Positions 8,459 to 18,027 of a stretch of DNA of 64,000 nt are shown here, in pieces. Made by a program: the position numbers and the translations under genes. The stretch's first letter is position 1. Each line of letters begins with the position of its first letter. The notes below the pieces were generated by a model. It made no database searches, had not been told where the DNA came from, and saw nothing but the letters and a program-made list of their open reading frames with translations. The DNA is from a virus, in IMG/VR virus record IMGVR_UViG_3300033145_000681, positions 4,355 to 68,354 of that record. One strand, written 5' to 3'.

Positions 8459-10759
8459 ATGGCGTTCGGCTGGTATGACTTGGCGTGGCTCCAGGTCAAA
8501 GATGTTGTAATCCCCAGCGCCCAGCTCGGGGGCAGCGGAACCCTTTCTGATTTCAGATGGCTGGTGTCAAGGGTAGATGCGCAGTTGCAGGCGGACGCTC
8601 GGGCTGACGGCAACGATATCCTCTTCTGCGATACGGACGGCGTAACGAAACTCGATCACGAGCTGATCTCTTATGATAACGTCACCGGTACGATTCTGGC
8701 ATTGGTTCGGATTCCTACGGTTGCGGATGCATCCCAGGACTATACGGTCTGGATGTATTTTGACAATGCTGCTGCCGCGGCCCAGGAGAATCCAGATGGT
8801 GTTTGGAAGGACGCTCCCAGCAAGCCAGCCGTTGCCGCATACCATTTCGAGAATGACGTACTCGACTCCTCCGGAAACTCCTTCGATCTTACCAACGACG
8901 GCAGCGTAGACGTTGCCGGCAAGGTAGGCCGGGGAAGAACGCTGGATGGGGTAGCCGATTCGATGTCCGCTACCGGGGCCGATTTCAGTACTGTCGAGCA
9001 GGATACATCATTCTCCATTCTCGCTTTTGCCAAGCCGGGGGCATCTGCCGAACGCCAGCAGATATTCTACAAGGGCAATACCGGGGAAGAGAATCTCTGC
9101 CTCTTCATCAATGAGGTAGGCCATGCCGTCATCATGGTGTACCGCGCTACCATCTTCGAGTACTACGCGGAAGGCGCTACGAACCTGAAGGACGTTGCCT
9201 GGCATCGAATCATCGGCGTCCGGGACGGTACCGATTTCAGGATCTACGTAGACGGCGTGGATGATACTGCCGTCACATCCCTGGGCCCGACTACCCAGCA
9301 GACTGTTGAGGATGTGTATATCGGGAAGCGTTTCAACGAGGATTACTTCCTGAATGCGGACGTCGATGAGATCTGGGTGCTCAGTGCGGCGATGAACGAT
9401 GCGGAGGCTGCGGCGGATTACAATTCACTGAACGATCCGGCAGCCTTTGCTACATTCGGGCCGGCGAAGACCTTTGTGGAATCTACCGGGATGGAGATGC
9501 CGCTGACGTACCTCGAAGAGATCGAGGTTGATGACGAGATGGTAATGAGCATCCTGGAAGGTACTGCCGATCGCGTCATGATAGTCAGCATCATGGAATT
9601 CCTGAATTCCGATCAGTCGATGCCCTTCATCCAGGCGCCTCTGGTAGCGGTCACATCCGATGAGGAGATGCCGGTAACGTACCTGGAGCAGCTTGCCGTC
9701 GATGAAGAGATGCCGATTACCCTGCTCGAATACATCCTGAACGATCTGGAAATGCCGGTACCGATCCTGCAGTACATTTACAGCGATATCGAGATGGTCG
9801 TAGCTCCCTCCCAGGATCGTGATGACGATCGGATCATGCCGGTAACGTACCTGGAAGGCATCCGGGTAGACATGGATCTGCCGCTTACGTATCTCGAAGA
9901 GATCACCGTTGATCCGGATCTGCCGGTAATGAATACCCAGGAGATCCGCGCCGATGAAGAGATCCCCTTCCATCAGCTCCAGGAGATCTACAACGATGAG
10001 GAGATGCCGCTGAACGTAAGCAATACCGGGACGATCGCCGATAGGGAGATGCCGGTATTCTTCCGGGAGGAGATCGATGGCGACGAGGAGATGCCGGTAT
10101 CGATCGAGGAGCATCTGGAATTCGATTCCGAGATGCCGATCATGTGGACAGAAGCGCTGCTCAACGATGAGGAGATCCCGGAGACGTATCTGGAGGAGAT
10201 CACGGTAGAGCGGGAATTGCCGATGTCCTGGTCGGCGCCGCTATTCAATGACGTAGACATCCCGGTTACATTCCTGGAGATCCTGTACTTCGATCGGGAG
10301 CTGCCGATATCCATAAGCGAATTCATCGAGGTGCAGCGGGAGAGCCAGCTGCCGATCTTGCAGGGAGTGAATGCAGATCGTGAGATGCCGGCGACCATAC
10401 TGCAACTCGTCGCTTTCGACCTCGATGTTCCGATTGTGATCCTGGAGCATCTCTGGAACGAGCTGGAGATGCCGGTATCCTTCGACAAGGTCGTGGCGCC
10501 GGTACCGATCGTGCCGGCCGATCGGGAGATGAACATCTACATCGGCCAGGCGATTCGCGGCGAGCGCGAGATGCCGGTAACGCTCCGGGCATTCATCGAG
10601 GCATTCAGAGAGATGCCGATGGAGTGGCAGGACGAGATCCTGTATGTGATCCCGGAAGGCATCTACAACCTGATCGTCAAGACGTATCAGTACGATCTGG
10701 AAGTCATGAAGGAAACCGTACTGCATGAGCGCGTCGATACCGAGCTGGATATTCCCTGA
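8459..10759 (+). CDS. DUF2341 + LamG/ConA-like domain protein with long acidic 14-aa repeat shaft
   Basis: ADGNDILFCDTDGVTKLDHE..VWMYFDN (DUF2341-like); WHRIIGVRDGTDFRIYVDG..VDEIWV (LamG-like); repeats from about aa 345. Confidence 0.8.
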   Translation: MAFGWYDLAWLQVKDVVIPSAQLGGSGTLSDFRWLVSRVDAQLQADARADGNDILFCDTDGVTKLDHELISYDNVTGTILALVRIPTVADASQDYTVWMYFDNAAAAAQENPDGVWKDAPSKPAVAAYHFENDVLDSSGNSFDLTNDGSVDVAGKVGRGRTLDGVADSMSATGADFSTVEQDTSFSILAFAKPGASAERQQIFYKGNTGEENLCLFINEVGHAVIMVYRATIFEYYAEGATNLKDVAWHRIIGVRDGTDFRIYVDGVDDTAVTSLGPTTQQTVEDVYIGKRFNEDYFLNADVDEIWVLSAAMNDAEAAADYNSLNDPAAFATFGPAKTFVESTGMEMPLTYLEEIEVDDEMVMSILEGTADRVMIVSIMEFLNSDQSMPFIQAPLVAVTSDEEMPVTYLEQLAVDEEMPITLLEYILNDLEMPVPILQYIYSDIEMVVAPSQDRDDDRIMPVTYLEGIRVDMDLPLTYLEEITVDPDLPVMNTQEIRADEEIPFHQLQEIYNDEEMPLNVSNTGTIADREMPVFFREEIDGDEEMPVSIEEHLEFDSEMPIMWTEALLNDEEIPETYLEEITVERELPMSWSAPLFNDVDIPVTFLEILYFDRELPISISEFIEVQRESQLPILQGVNADREMPATILQLVAFDLDVPIVILEHLWNELEMPVSFDKVVAPVPIVPADREMNIYIGQAIRGEREMPVTLRAFIEAFREMPMEWQDEILYVIPEGIYNLIVKTYQYDLEVMKETVLHERVDTELDIP
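9491..10640 (+). repeat. about 25-27 degenerate 42-bp (14 aa) coding repeats
   Basis: Consensus xEMP(V/I)xxLExIxxD; GAGATGCCG recurs at about 42-bp period. Confidence 0.9.
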
Positions 10760-11436
10760 TGGCAGACGTATCAGTTACCCACAATCTGGGCCAGGTAGGA
10801 AACTGGTTTGAGGAGCTGGCTGGCGATATCGATGTGCTCTACGATGACATTCTCAAGACGGCGGCGAATTACGAGACGCGGGTAACGAAACAGCGATTCA
10901 CGAAGCAGCTCTCTGCAGATGGTGTACCCTGGCCTCCGCTATCCCCGCTTACGATCGCGGCACGGAGGAGCGGCCCAGGCCGTGCCGGCCGCGGGACGAA
11001 GCGCCTGCAGGGAGCCGGGATCTTGAGAGGGAGCATCGTCCCGCATCGCACCAAGAAGAACGAGATCAAGGTATGGACTCCTCTGTCATATGCCATCTAT
11101 CAGCAGGAGGGAGCTACCTGGATAATTACCAAGAAGCAGGCATGGTGGATGGTCTTCAATCTGTACGGCTTCAATCCGGACAGTCCCTGGGAATGGGGAC
11201 TCCGGCAGAACGCTCAATTCAGCCGTAAGCAGCTCGAAGGAGATCAGAGTCTTCGGGAGTACATCGGTGATCGAAACTGGAAAAAAGCATCGAATCTCGC
11301 GCGGAAGCTGACGGGCGGTTCGATAACGATTCCGGCGACGGGCTTCATGGGAATCAGTGAAGAGGACGCCGATGCGATAGAGAAAATCGCGCAGCGCCAT
11401 GTCGATCGTTATCTCAAGCGTCGCGGCCGGGGTTGA
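10759..11436 (+). CDS. phage virion morphogenesis (Mu gpG-like neck/tail completion) protein
   Basis: RFTKQLSADGVPWPPLSPLT, GILRGSI, YAIYQQEG, IPATGFMGIS. Confidence 0.85.
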   Translation: MADVSVTHNLGQVGNWFEELAGDIDVLYDDILKTAANYETRVTKQRFTKQLSADGVPWPPLSPLTIAARRSGPGRAGRGTKRLQGAGILRGSIVPHRTKKNEIKVWTPLSYAIYQQEGATWIITKKQAWWMVFNLYGFNPDSPWEWGLRQNAQFSRKQLEGDQSLREYIGDRNWKKASNLARKLTGGSITIPATGFMGISEEDADAIEKIAQRHVDRYLKRRGRG

Positions 11437-11460
11437 CATGAGCGTCTTCGGCAGTAGAAT
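11433..11460 (+). promoter_or_regulatory. sigma70-type promoter
   Basis: TTGACA-N16-TAGAAT, 19 bp before ATG 11479. Confidence 0.65.
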
Positions 11461-11478
11461 TACACGAGGAGATATCAA

Positions 11479-11820
11479 ATGTCAGAAATGATCGAGGTAA
11501 GAGTCGGTAGCGTCTTGCAGCCCTGGGACGTAAAGGTTCGGAAACGGGATCCGGAAACGGATCTCTGGGTGAATGATGATCTCTCCGACGTAACGCTGCT
11601 TACCGCTACCATGACTCTGGTATCTACCGGCGTGGCGAAGTTTACCGATCAGGCAGCATCCATCCTTAATCTTGCCGAAGCCATCATCCGGTATTCTCCC
11701 GTTGCGGCGAACGTCGATACGGCTGGGATCTACGAACTGGTATTCAACGCTACCCGGGGCGGCGAGATCCAGATCCTGCCGCATCGGGAATCGAATCGCG
11801 TATACGTAAAGGTGTGGTGA
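11479..11820 (+). CDS. small Ig-like structural protein (BppU N-terminal-like)
   Basis: DLSDVT, IIRY..DTAGIYELVF..QILP pattern. Confidence 0.55.
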   Translation: MSEMIEVRVGSVLQPWDVKVRKRDPETDLWVNDDLSDVTLLTATMTLVSTGVAKFTDQAASILNLAEAIIRYSPVAANVDTAGIYELVFNATRGGEIQILPHRESNRVYVKVW

Positions 11821-11821
11821 C

Positions 11822-12334
11822 ATGGCCGAATTCGGATATGATCAGACGCGGAATTGCTTCTTCTGTACGGATGTAATTGATCCGGGAGAGGATTCGAACT
11901 TCTGGCGGATCGTCATGGCTACCTCAGAGCGCCTTGCCGCGACAGGACTCTTCCGCTGGGTCTTCTCATCTTACATGCCGATGCACGATGCGCCCCAGGT
12001 AGATTATCCCTATGCCGCTGTATTCCCGGAAGAGCTGCCGGAGACGGAGCGGACGAACATCGAGAATCTGAAGACGTACGGCGTTCTGATTTTGATAGGG
12101 ACGATGGATGATCAGCGGCGCCGTGGTACGGCCCGGATGCTGGCGATCAGGCAGGCTTCCGAGCTGGTATGCCGATCGAAGCGGAAGATAGAGATGATGG
12201 ACGGGGACATCCATGAGAATACGCTGCTCGATTCTACCACGCTGATAGAAGCTCGGGCTGAAGGCAGCTCGTTCGTTTTCGGATCCGGATACAGGATTCA
12301 TTATGAAGTTACGGAACCCAGAGAGGAGGAGTAA
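11822..12334 (+). CDS. putative tail terminator/completion protein
   Basis: YPYAAVFP motif, size and position before the tail tube gene. Confidence 0.55.
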   Translation: MAEFGYDQTRNCFFCTDVIDPGEDSNFWRIVMATSERLAATGLFRWVFSSYMPMHDAPQVDYPYAAVFPEELPETERTNIENLKTYGVLILIGTMDDQRRRGTARMLAIRQASELVCRSKRKIEMMDGDIHENTLLDSTTLIEARAEGSSFVFGSGYRIHYEVTEPREEE

Positions 12335-12558
12335 TGCCGGAGAAATGTGCTACGTGTGGCAAGGCTGATTCCAACGGTGTACCGTGCGCTCTGATGTTCA
12401 AAGAAGGAACGGACATTCAGACGTGCTCGGGGCACGAGGAGGACAAGGAGAAGCATGCCAATCTCGCCAAGAAGGCGGCGAAGGTTGCGAAGGCTGCTGC
12501 GAAGGCATCTGATGCAGCGGCGGCGACTCCGGCACCCAAAGAAGGAGAAGGGAAATAA
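12334..12558 (+). CDS. small Cys-containing hypothetical protein
   Basis: TAATG coupling on both sides. Confidence 0.6.
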   Translation: MPEKCATCGKADSNGVPCALMFKEGTDIQTCSGHEEDKEKHANLAKKAAKVAKAAAKASDAAAATPAPKEGEGK

Positions 12559-13481
12559 TGGCTGAAAAAGATACCAGTCAAGGTCGGAATGTAGTTGTCG
12601 GGATCGGTCTGGAGGGTGATGCCGGCGTAGCCGTTGTGCCTGTCCTCTTCCCGGGGATTACCACGGAAGGATTCAGATGGAATCCGAATCGCCAGGACAT
12701 CACGGGCCTGAACGGATCGAGATCTCATCACTACCAGGCGACGGCAGAGGGGAACATCGACGGGACGGGAACGTTCGCGTTCAATTCCCGGAAGCAGTGG
12801 CTGCAGAACGTACTGTATTGGGCGATGGGCGGGGGCAATGCCAACGCTCCGACGCTGGCCGATACGATCAAATCGCTGACTATGGAAGTCGATAAGGTAG
12901 TCCGGGTCATCACGTATGCCGGCTGCAAAATCGGGACGCTGGTACTATCCAGTGAATCCAACAATCCGCTGATGATTAACTGCAACGATATCCTGGCGAT
13001 GTCGATTGCGGATGACGTTGCGGGGACGGCTACCAGCCCGATCAGAACCATCACTGATGGCCTGATGATGCATCATGGGCTGACAGTTACGGTAGACGGC
13101 GGGACGATTACGTGCAACTCGCACGTACTGAATCTCGAGAATATGCTGGAGGACGATCATTTCCAGAACTCGCAGAGCCGTACCGCGATTCCGGAAGGCG
13201 ACCGGATCATCCACGGCACGATCATCCCGGACTGGAGCGTAGCCAATGCGGTAACGCGGCAGACCTGGACGAAGTTCGTATCCGGCGCAACCGCGTCGAT
13301 CGCTGCAGCGTACACGGACGGGACGAACATCCTGACGCTTACGATGCCTCGGTGTCATTACCATGAGGGCGATCGCGCCCCGGGTACGGATACGCGCGGG
13401 ACGTTCTACGATGATGTCCGGTACCAGGCGAAAGCCTCGGCGGCCGGCGTAGCCGACGAGATGACGGCGGTCTGGTCGTAA
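12558..13481 (+). CDS. major tail tube protein
   Basis: 307 aa beta-rich; SLTMEVDK..YAGCKIGTL, LTLTMPR; position before chaperone and tape measure. Confidence 0.85.
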   Translation: MAEKDTSQGRNVVVGIGLEGDAGVAVVPVLFPGITTEGFRWNPNRQDITGLNGSRSHHYQATAEGNIDGTGTFAFNSRKQWLQNVLYWAMGGGNANAPTLADTIKSLTMEVDKVVRVITYAGCKIGTLVLSSESNNPLMINCNDILAMSIADDVAGTATSPIRTITDGLMMHHGLTVTVDGGTITCNSHVLNLENMLEDDHFQNSQSRTAIPEGDRIIHGTIIPDWSVANAVTRQTWTKFVSGATASIAAAYTDGTNILTLTMPRCHYHEGDRAPGTDTRGTFYDDVRYQAKASAAGVADEMTAVWS

Positions 13482-13621
13482 TCCGTAGCTAACGCGCGAG
13501 GTTGCCCTGAGAGCGATCGTCTGGAGTAGGCGCCCAGTGAGCCGAATCTCACGCCCGGAGCCACCACGCGCCCAGAATGGGGTCAGAATGGGGTATTTTC
13601 GAGGAGATCAGGAGGGGAGAG

Positions 13622-14272
13622 ATGTCTACTGAGGAGGCGAAGCAGGATATGGAGCGGTGCGAGGCCGCTGAACAGGAGGAGATCATGGAAGATTCGGAGA
13701 AGAAGGTGGGCGATCAGGTGCAATCAACTGAAGTGGCAGCCGGGATGCCGGAAGACATGAAGGGGGCGAAAGGTCCTACCGATCCGGACTATCTGGCGCA
13801 ACCGACTCCGGAGGATGACAGTGACTACGAGCTTTCGCCAACGGATCAATCGGCGCTTGCGGAATCCTTACTCGAGGAAGCCGAGGAGGACATTCCTGAT
13901 GGTGAGCTGAATGAGGTATCGGCATACACGGAGCCGGGAACAATTCAGCATGGGGAAACGAAACAGTACAGGATGAAGAATAACAGGGTAGTCCGGCCGC
14001 TGAAGTACACGTACATTGCGATGACGGATATGCAGCGGACGCGGTACGGGGAGAAGATCACGAAGTCACAATCCCTTACCAAGATCCGGGAAGTAAGCTA
14101 CGCGGCGCTCGTCCATCATGTGCAGACGCTGGATATCGAAGGCTTCAATCCCAGCAGCGCACTCAGCTGGTCGCACATTCGCCCGTCAGCAATCATTGAG
14201 GAGATACTGGATGCGGTTACCGGCAAGGTAGCGATCGAGGGGGCGGATCTAAAAAACTTATTGGGGGGGTAG
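13622..14272 (+). CDS. tail assembly chaperone (gpG-like)
   Basis: Between tail tube and tape measure; SD GGAGGGG before ATG 13622; in-frame slippery heptamer near the stop. Confidence 0.75.
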   Translation: MSTEEAKQDMERCEAAEQEEIMEDSEKKVGDQVQSTEVAAGMPEDMKGAKGPTDPDYLAQPTPEDDSDYELSPTDQSALAESLLEEAEEDIPDGELNEVSAYTEPGTIQHGETKQYRMKNNRVVRPLKYTYIAMTDMQRTRYGEKITKSQSLTKIREVSYAALVHHVQTLDIEGFNPSSALSWSHIRPSAIIEEILDAVTGKVAIEGADLKNLLGG

Positions 14273-14622
14273 CTCTCTTTGAGGATTATCCCGAGGTAGC
14301 GAACAGGACATGCGAGGATTGCAGGAAGCAGGTATATGACAAGCATGGAAACATCATCTATCGTCCTGACGGGACGCCGGAGCCCAGACCGACTCCTCCG
14401 GTATGTACCCAATGCGCGAAGAAGCGTCCCGGGCTTGCTGATCTCTCCTTTCGGAATTTCCAGGTCTACAAGAAGTATGTTACGTGCAAGACTCTCAGCT
14501 GCCTTCCCCGGCCTGGGGGCCTCGAAAATCAGGATCAGGAACTCGCTCGGAAGTTTGAATACCTTGCCATGTTCGATCGTCAAAGGGAGATCGCTATGCG
14601 TTCTGCAGGGGTTGGATTTTAA
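14251..14622 (+). CDS. tail assembly chaperone -1 frameshift extension (gpT-like)
   Basis: A AAA AAC at 14251-14257; -1 frame open about 120 codons (KLIGGVALFEDYPEVANRTCEDC...LPRPGGLENQD...SAGVGF) to TAA 14620-14622. Confidence 0.85.
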   Translation, partial: KKLIGGVALFEDYPEVANRTCEDCRKQVYDKHGNIIYRPDGTPEPRPTPPVCTQCAKKRPGLADLSFRNFQVYKKYVTCKTLSCLPRPGGLENQDQELARKFEYLAMFDRQREIAMRSAGVGF

Positions 14623-14637
14623 TTGCACGGTGCAATT
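14621..14637. promoter_or_regulatory. 17-bp palindrome copy 1 (candidate ParB site)
   Basis: AATTGCACgGTGCAATT overlapping a TAA stop, just before the tape measure gene. Confidence 0.85.
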
Positions 14638-14651
14638 GCCTGGAGTAAGTA

Positions 14652-16664
14652 ATGGCTGACCGCGAAGTAAATGTATGGATACGGATCAGAGACGGCATGA
14701 CCAAGGCCGTCAGGAAGATCGCCAGGCAGTTTCCTCGGCTTGCTCGGGTCATCAAGCGAACGGTAGCGATTGCGCGGCGAGCGTGGAGATCCCTGGGGAC
14801 GATGATCGGCTTTGTGGGCCGGCAGATCCGGCGCGTCATGATCGCGGGGATAGCCTTCACCACGTTCATGGCTCAGAAATTCGTGCGAGCGGTGATCGAT
14901 GCCGGTGGGGAGGCGGAACGCTTCGGCCTGCAGATGGTCAAGGCGTTCAGCAATGTAATCTCGGGCGCCAAGGAAGCCATGAAATGGGTACGGGAATTCG
15001 CGGCTCGTACCCCCTTCTTTACCCAGGAGGTGGTACGCTCATTCATCATCCTGAAGAATGTCGGCATCAAGAATGTCCGGGATGTAGTAACCGCTGCCGG
15101 CGATGCAGCCTTCATGATGGGCAGATCGATCGAGGATGTATCTACGGCATTCATCTCCCTGATAGCCAGGGTATGGCGGCGCCTGGGTATCCACATCGAT
15201 CGAAGCGGGAAGAAGGCGGTCATCTCCGCAGCCGGCATCCGGAAGGAAGTAGAGAACAATCTCGACGCGGTACGGAAGTCGCTCCTGGAAGTACTCATAT
15301 TCCGGTTCGGCGGCGCGATGAAGACGGCGGAGAAAACCTGGCAGGGCATGGTCGCGCTCTTCTGGTCTGAATGGTGGGAGTTCAAGGTCAAGATTTCCCG
15401 CGCCGGCATATTCGATTTCTTCAAAGCCGGTCTGAGCCTGGTGCTCAAATGGATCAAGAAGGTCAAATCCGAAGGGAAGCTCGAGGAATGGGCATCTGAT
15501 ATAAGCCAGCAGATGACCGACCTTACCGTTACGGTAGCGATACTCGGATTCGAATTCGCCAAGTGGGGAACGACTGTACTCCGAACGGGGATACAGATGG
15601 CCCTACTTTCCAGTCACGCTGCGAAGCTCGCGCTGCATCTTTCTAGGGTTGGTACCATAGCGAACGAGCCATTCCTTGAGAAGCAGCGGCTGGAAGATCT
15701 CGAGTTCATCACGGAGAATATCGCGCTTCTGACTGAGGCGCTGAACGATATCCCGTCCATGCAAGGGCTGGATTTCGACGCTTCGAATTGGGCGAAGACC
15801 ATCCAGAAGGTTCGGGATGAGATGGTAAACGTCAATTCCGAGATGGGCAATTTCGGCGATAAGAATGCCCGGGCAGTAAAGGAAGTCCAGTCGATCGACG
15901 ATGCTCTGAAGACTCAGGTGCAGACCATCAAGAGCATGCTCGGATTGACGGAGATACAGCGGCAGAACTTCCGGGAGATGTTCAGCGTCATCAAGAACAT
16001 CTCGAAGGAAGAGTTCCTCCGTAGTGAGTTGCTCCAGAATTTCGTTGCCAACAACAAGATTCTCCAGCAGATGAGGCCGGATCTGATAGACGCATTTCAC
16101 GAGGAGCAAATAGCTCTCCTGGACATGAACCGGACAGAGAAGGATCGGATACGGACGAATCTGGGGCTGAAGACTGAGCTGGAAAATATGCGGGAAGAAG
16201 CCCAGCAGATCCGGGAGCGGGAGAAGGAAATCAATGACGCGGCACGTACCCGGCTGCAGATCTACAAGGATATGAATTCGGAGCTGATCGCCCAGGAACA
16301 TGCGATGGCGAGAATCGCGGGGATCTTCGGCAAGGACGTAGGCGGCTTATTCACTCCCGAAGAAAGAGCTGCGGAGGTTCGGCCGGAAGACCGGGTGGCA
16401 GCCAGGCGCGGAATCGATGCGCTTCTCAATGCCGGCGTTCCGAGATTCCAGCAGCCGGTAATCGAGATCAAGAACAAGTTCGAGATCAATACCGAAGTGA
16501 AGGCCCAGGCATCAGAGATCGCGCGGGAGGTAAGTGATTCCCTGCAGGCGAACATCTCAAAGCTCATCTCTACGATGCTCGAAGAGAGTAGCCGGAAAAC
16601 AATGGAGGCACGGCGTCGACTCCGGGAAGGAGAGACGGCGGTGACCCAGGCGGAAGGACCATAG
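14652..16664 (+). CDS. tape measure protein
   Basis: 670 aa helical; REFAARTPF..EVVRSF, AAGDAA, FGGAM..TWQG tape-measure motifs. Confidence 0.9.
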   Translation: MADREVNVWIRIRDGMTKAVRKIARQFPRLARVIKRTVAIARRAWRSLGTMIGFVGRQIRRVMIAGIAFTTFMAQKFVRAVIDAGGEAERFGLQMVKAFSNVISGAKEAMKWVREFAARTPFFTQEVVRSFIILKNVGIKNVRDVVTAAGDAAFMMGRSIEDVSTAFISLIARVWRRLGIHIDRSGKKAVISAAGIRKEVENNLDAVRKSLLEVLIFRFGGAMKTAEKTWQGMVALFWSEWWEFKVKISRAGIFDFFKAGLSLVLKWIKKVKSEGKLEEWASDISQQMTDLTVTVAILGFEFAKWGTTVLRTGIQMALLSSHAAKLALHLSRVGTIANEPFLEKQRLEDLEFITENIALLTEALNDIPSMQGLDFDASNWAKTIQKVRDEMVNVNSEMGNFGDKNARAVKEVQSIDDALKTQVQTIKSMLGLTEIQRQNFREMFSVIKNISKEEFLRSELLQNFVANNKILQQMRPDLIDAFHEEQIALLDMNRTEKDRIRTNLGLKTELENMREEAQQIREREKEINDAARTRLQIYKDMNSELIAQEHAMARIAGIFGKDVGGLFTPEERAAEVRPEDRVAARRGIDALLNAGVPRFQQPVIEIKNKFEINTEVKAQASEIAREVSDSLQANISKLISTMLEESSRKTMEARRRLREGETAVTQAEGP

Positions 16665-16665
16665 A

Positions 16666-17880
16666 ATGGCACTCCAATTAAGAGCGCTTACGGGAGCAAG
16701 CACATACAGCCACGATCCGCAGCCGGACATCAAGATCGCCCGGACACCGATCATGGACGAGGATGGCGGGAAGGCGATCGGATACAAGGAAACGTGGACG
16801 ATCGAGGGGACGCTGGTAGGCTCTGGCATCGCGGACATCTCTGGGCAGATCGTAGATCTGGAAGCGGCATATGCATCGCCGACAAGTCTCCGTCTATACG
16901 ATACCGTCTTGGCAGCGAATCGCCGATCCCTGGTAGGCGCATCGGCAAGGGATGGAATCGTCATCACTGGCCCGAGCTATCCCCAGGGGAACAAGGCTGA
17001 ATACGCTTCGAAGCGTCGGTACAACATTACGGGATACGGTGATTTCTATGATGGGAGTCAATTCGGCGGCGATCCTCAGATCCTCTGGTACGAAGAGACA
17101 ACGGATTACTCCTATGACCAGCACGGGAAGTATACGCGCACAATCAGCGGCCGGCTCCGGACGAAGGATGGCGTATCGGCATCCGGGAAGTTCGCATCGA
17201 TTACTCCGGCGATCGTAGCCGGCACGAATCGGATCAGATATAACCGGCGATCGAATACGGATGATGACGAGCTGACATTCTCATTCATGGATGTCGAGTA
17301 CTGGATACCCTGGCCGGTGGGTGTAACGGGAGGCCAGGCGATCGCATCGAGGACCCTGGGCGCATATGGTCAGCTGAAGATATCGGTACACGGACAATTC
17401 ACCGGAGCCGGTGCGTTCGCGGCAGCGGAAGCAAACAAGCTGACGCTCCCGCAGTACCTGACAATCCAGGAGAGCTGGGACATCAATGCGTATGACGGAT
17501 CGGTATCGTTCCGGTTCGACTACGTTGATCTCGTAACTTCCGCGCTGGACCTGATCGCCTTCAATGAGACTACGACGATGGAATTCTCTTCGCAGGATTT
17601 CGTAATTCTTGAGGCGCTCGATGGCGCGATCCCGGAGCGGCAGCAGACGGTGGTCACGCCGGCCCGAGCCAGGCAGTCAGGATCGGCCGTTGCGCTTTCA
17701 GCATTCTGGGCTTTCCCGGCGCCGCTATGGGGAACGGTACCGCTGAAGCCTCCGAAGGTGCAATCGAAGAGCGGTCCTGATTTGATGCCGAATGGTGGGT
17801 TCTCAAATTACCGAACGTCATGGAGTTACGACTTTGAATTCGCTACAAATCCGACATTTCACGATCCGAATACTACTTAG
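16666..17880 (+). CDS. distal tail/baseplate protein
   Basis: Beta-rich, directly after tape measure. Confidence 0.6.
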   Translation: MALQLRALTGASTYSHDPQPDIKIARTPIMDEDGGKAIGYKETWTIEGTLVGSGIADISGQIVDLEAAYASPTSLRLYDTVLAANRRSLVGASARDGIVITGPSYPQGNKAEYASKRRYNITGYGDFYDGSQFGGDPQILWYEETTDYSYDQHGKYTRTISGRLRTKDGVSASGKFASITPAIVAGTNRIRYNRRSNTDDDELTFSFMDVEYWIPWPVGVTGGQAIASRTLGAYGQLKISVHGQFTGAGAFAAAEANKLTLPQYLTIQESWDINAYDGSVSFRFDYVDLVTSALDLIAFNETTTMEFSSQDFVILEALDGAIPERQQTVVTPARARQSGSAVALSAFWAFPAPLWGTVPLKPPKVQSKSGPDLMPNGGFSNYRTSWSYDFEFATNPTFHDPNTT

Positions 17881-18027
17881 CGTATTAATGTGTTGGATGT
17901 ATGTGTACCAGTAGAGCACGTACAACAGATGTCCCGTGATACTGGTATATGGTGTACAGTACCTTGTTACCTGTTAGTACAGTAACATGGGTATAGGTTT
18001 CTAAGAGACGGGCTCCGGAGCTTTTTT

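Noticed and set aside
14336-14659. 107-aa ORF in the track between chaperone and tape measure
   Set aside because: Shadow frame; the -1 frameshift ORF ending at 14622 explains the region better
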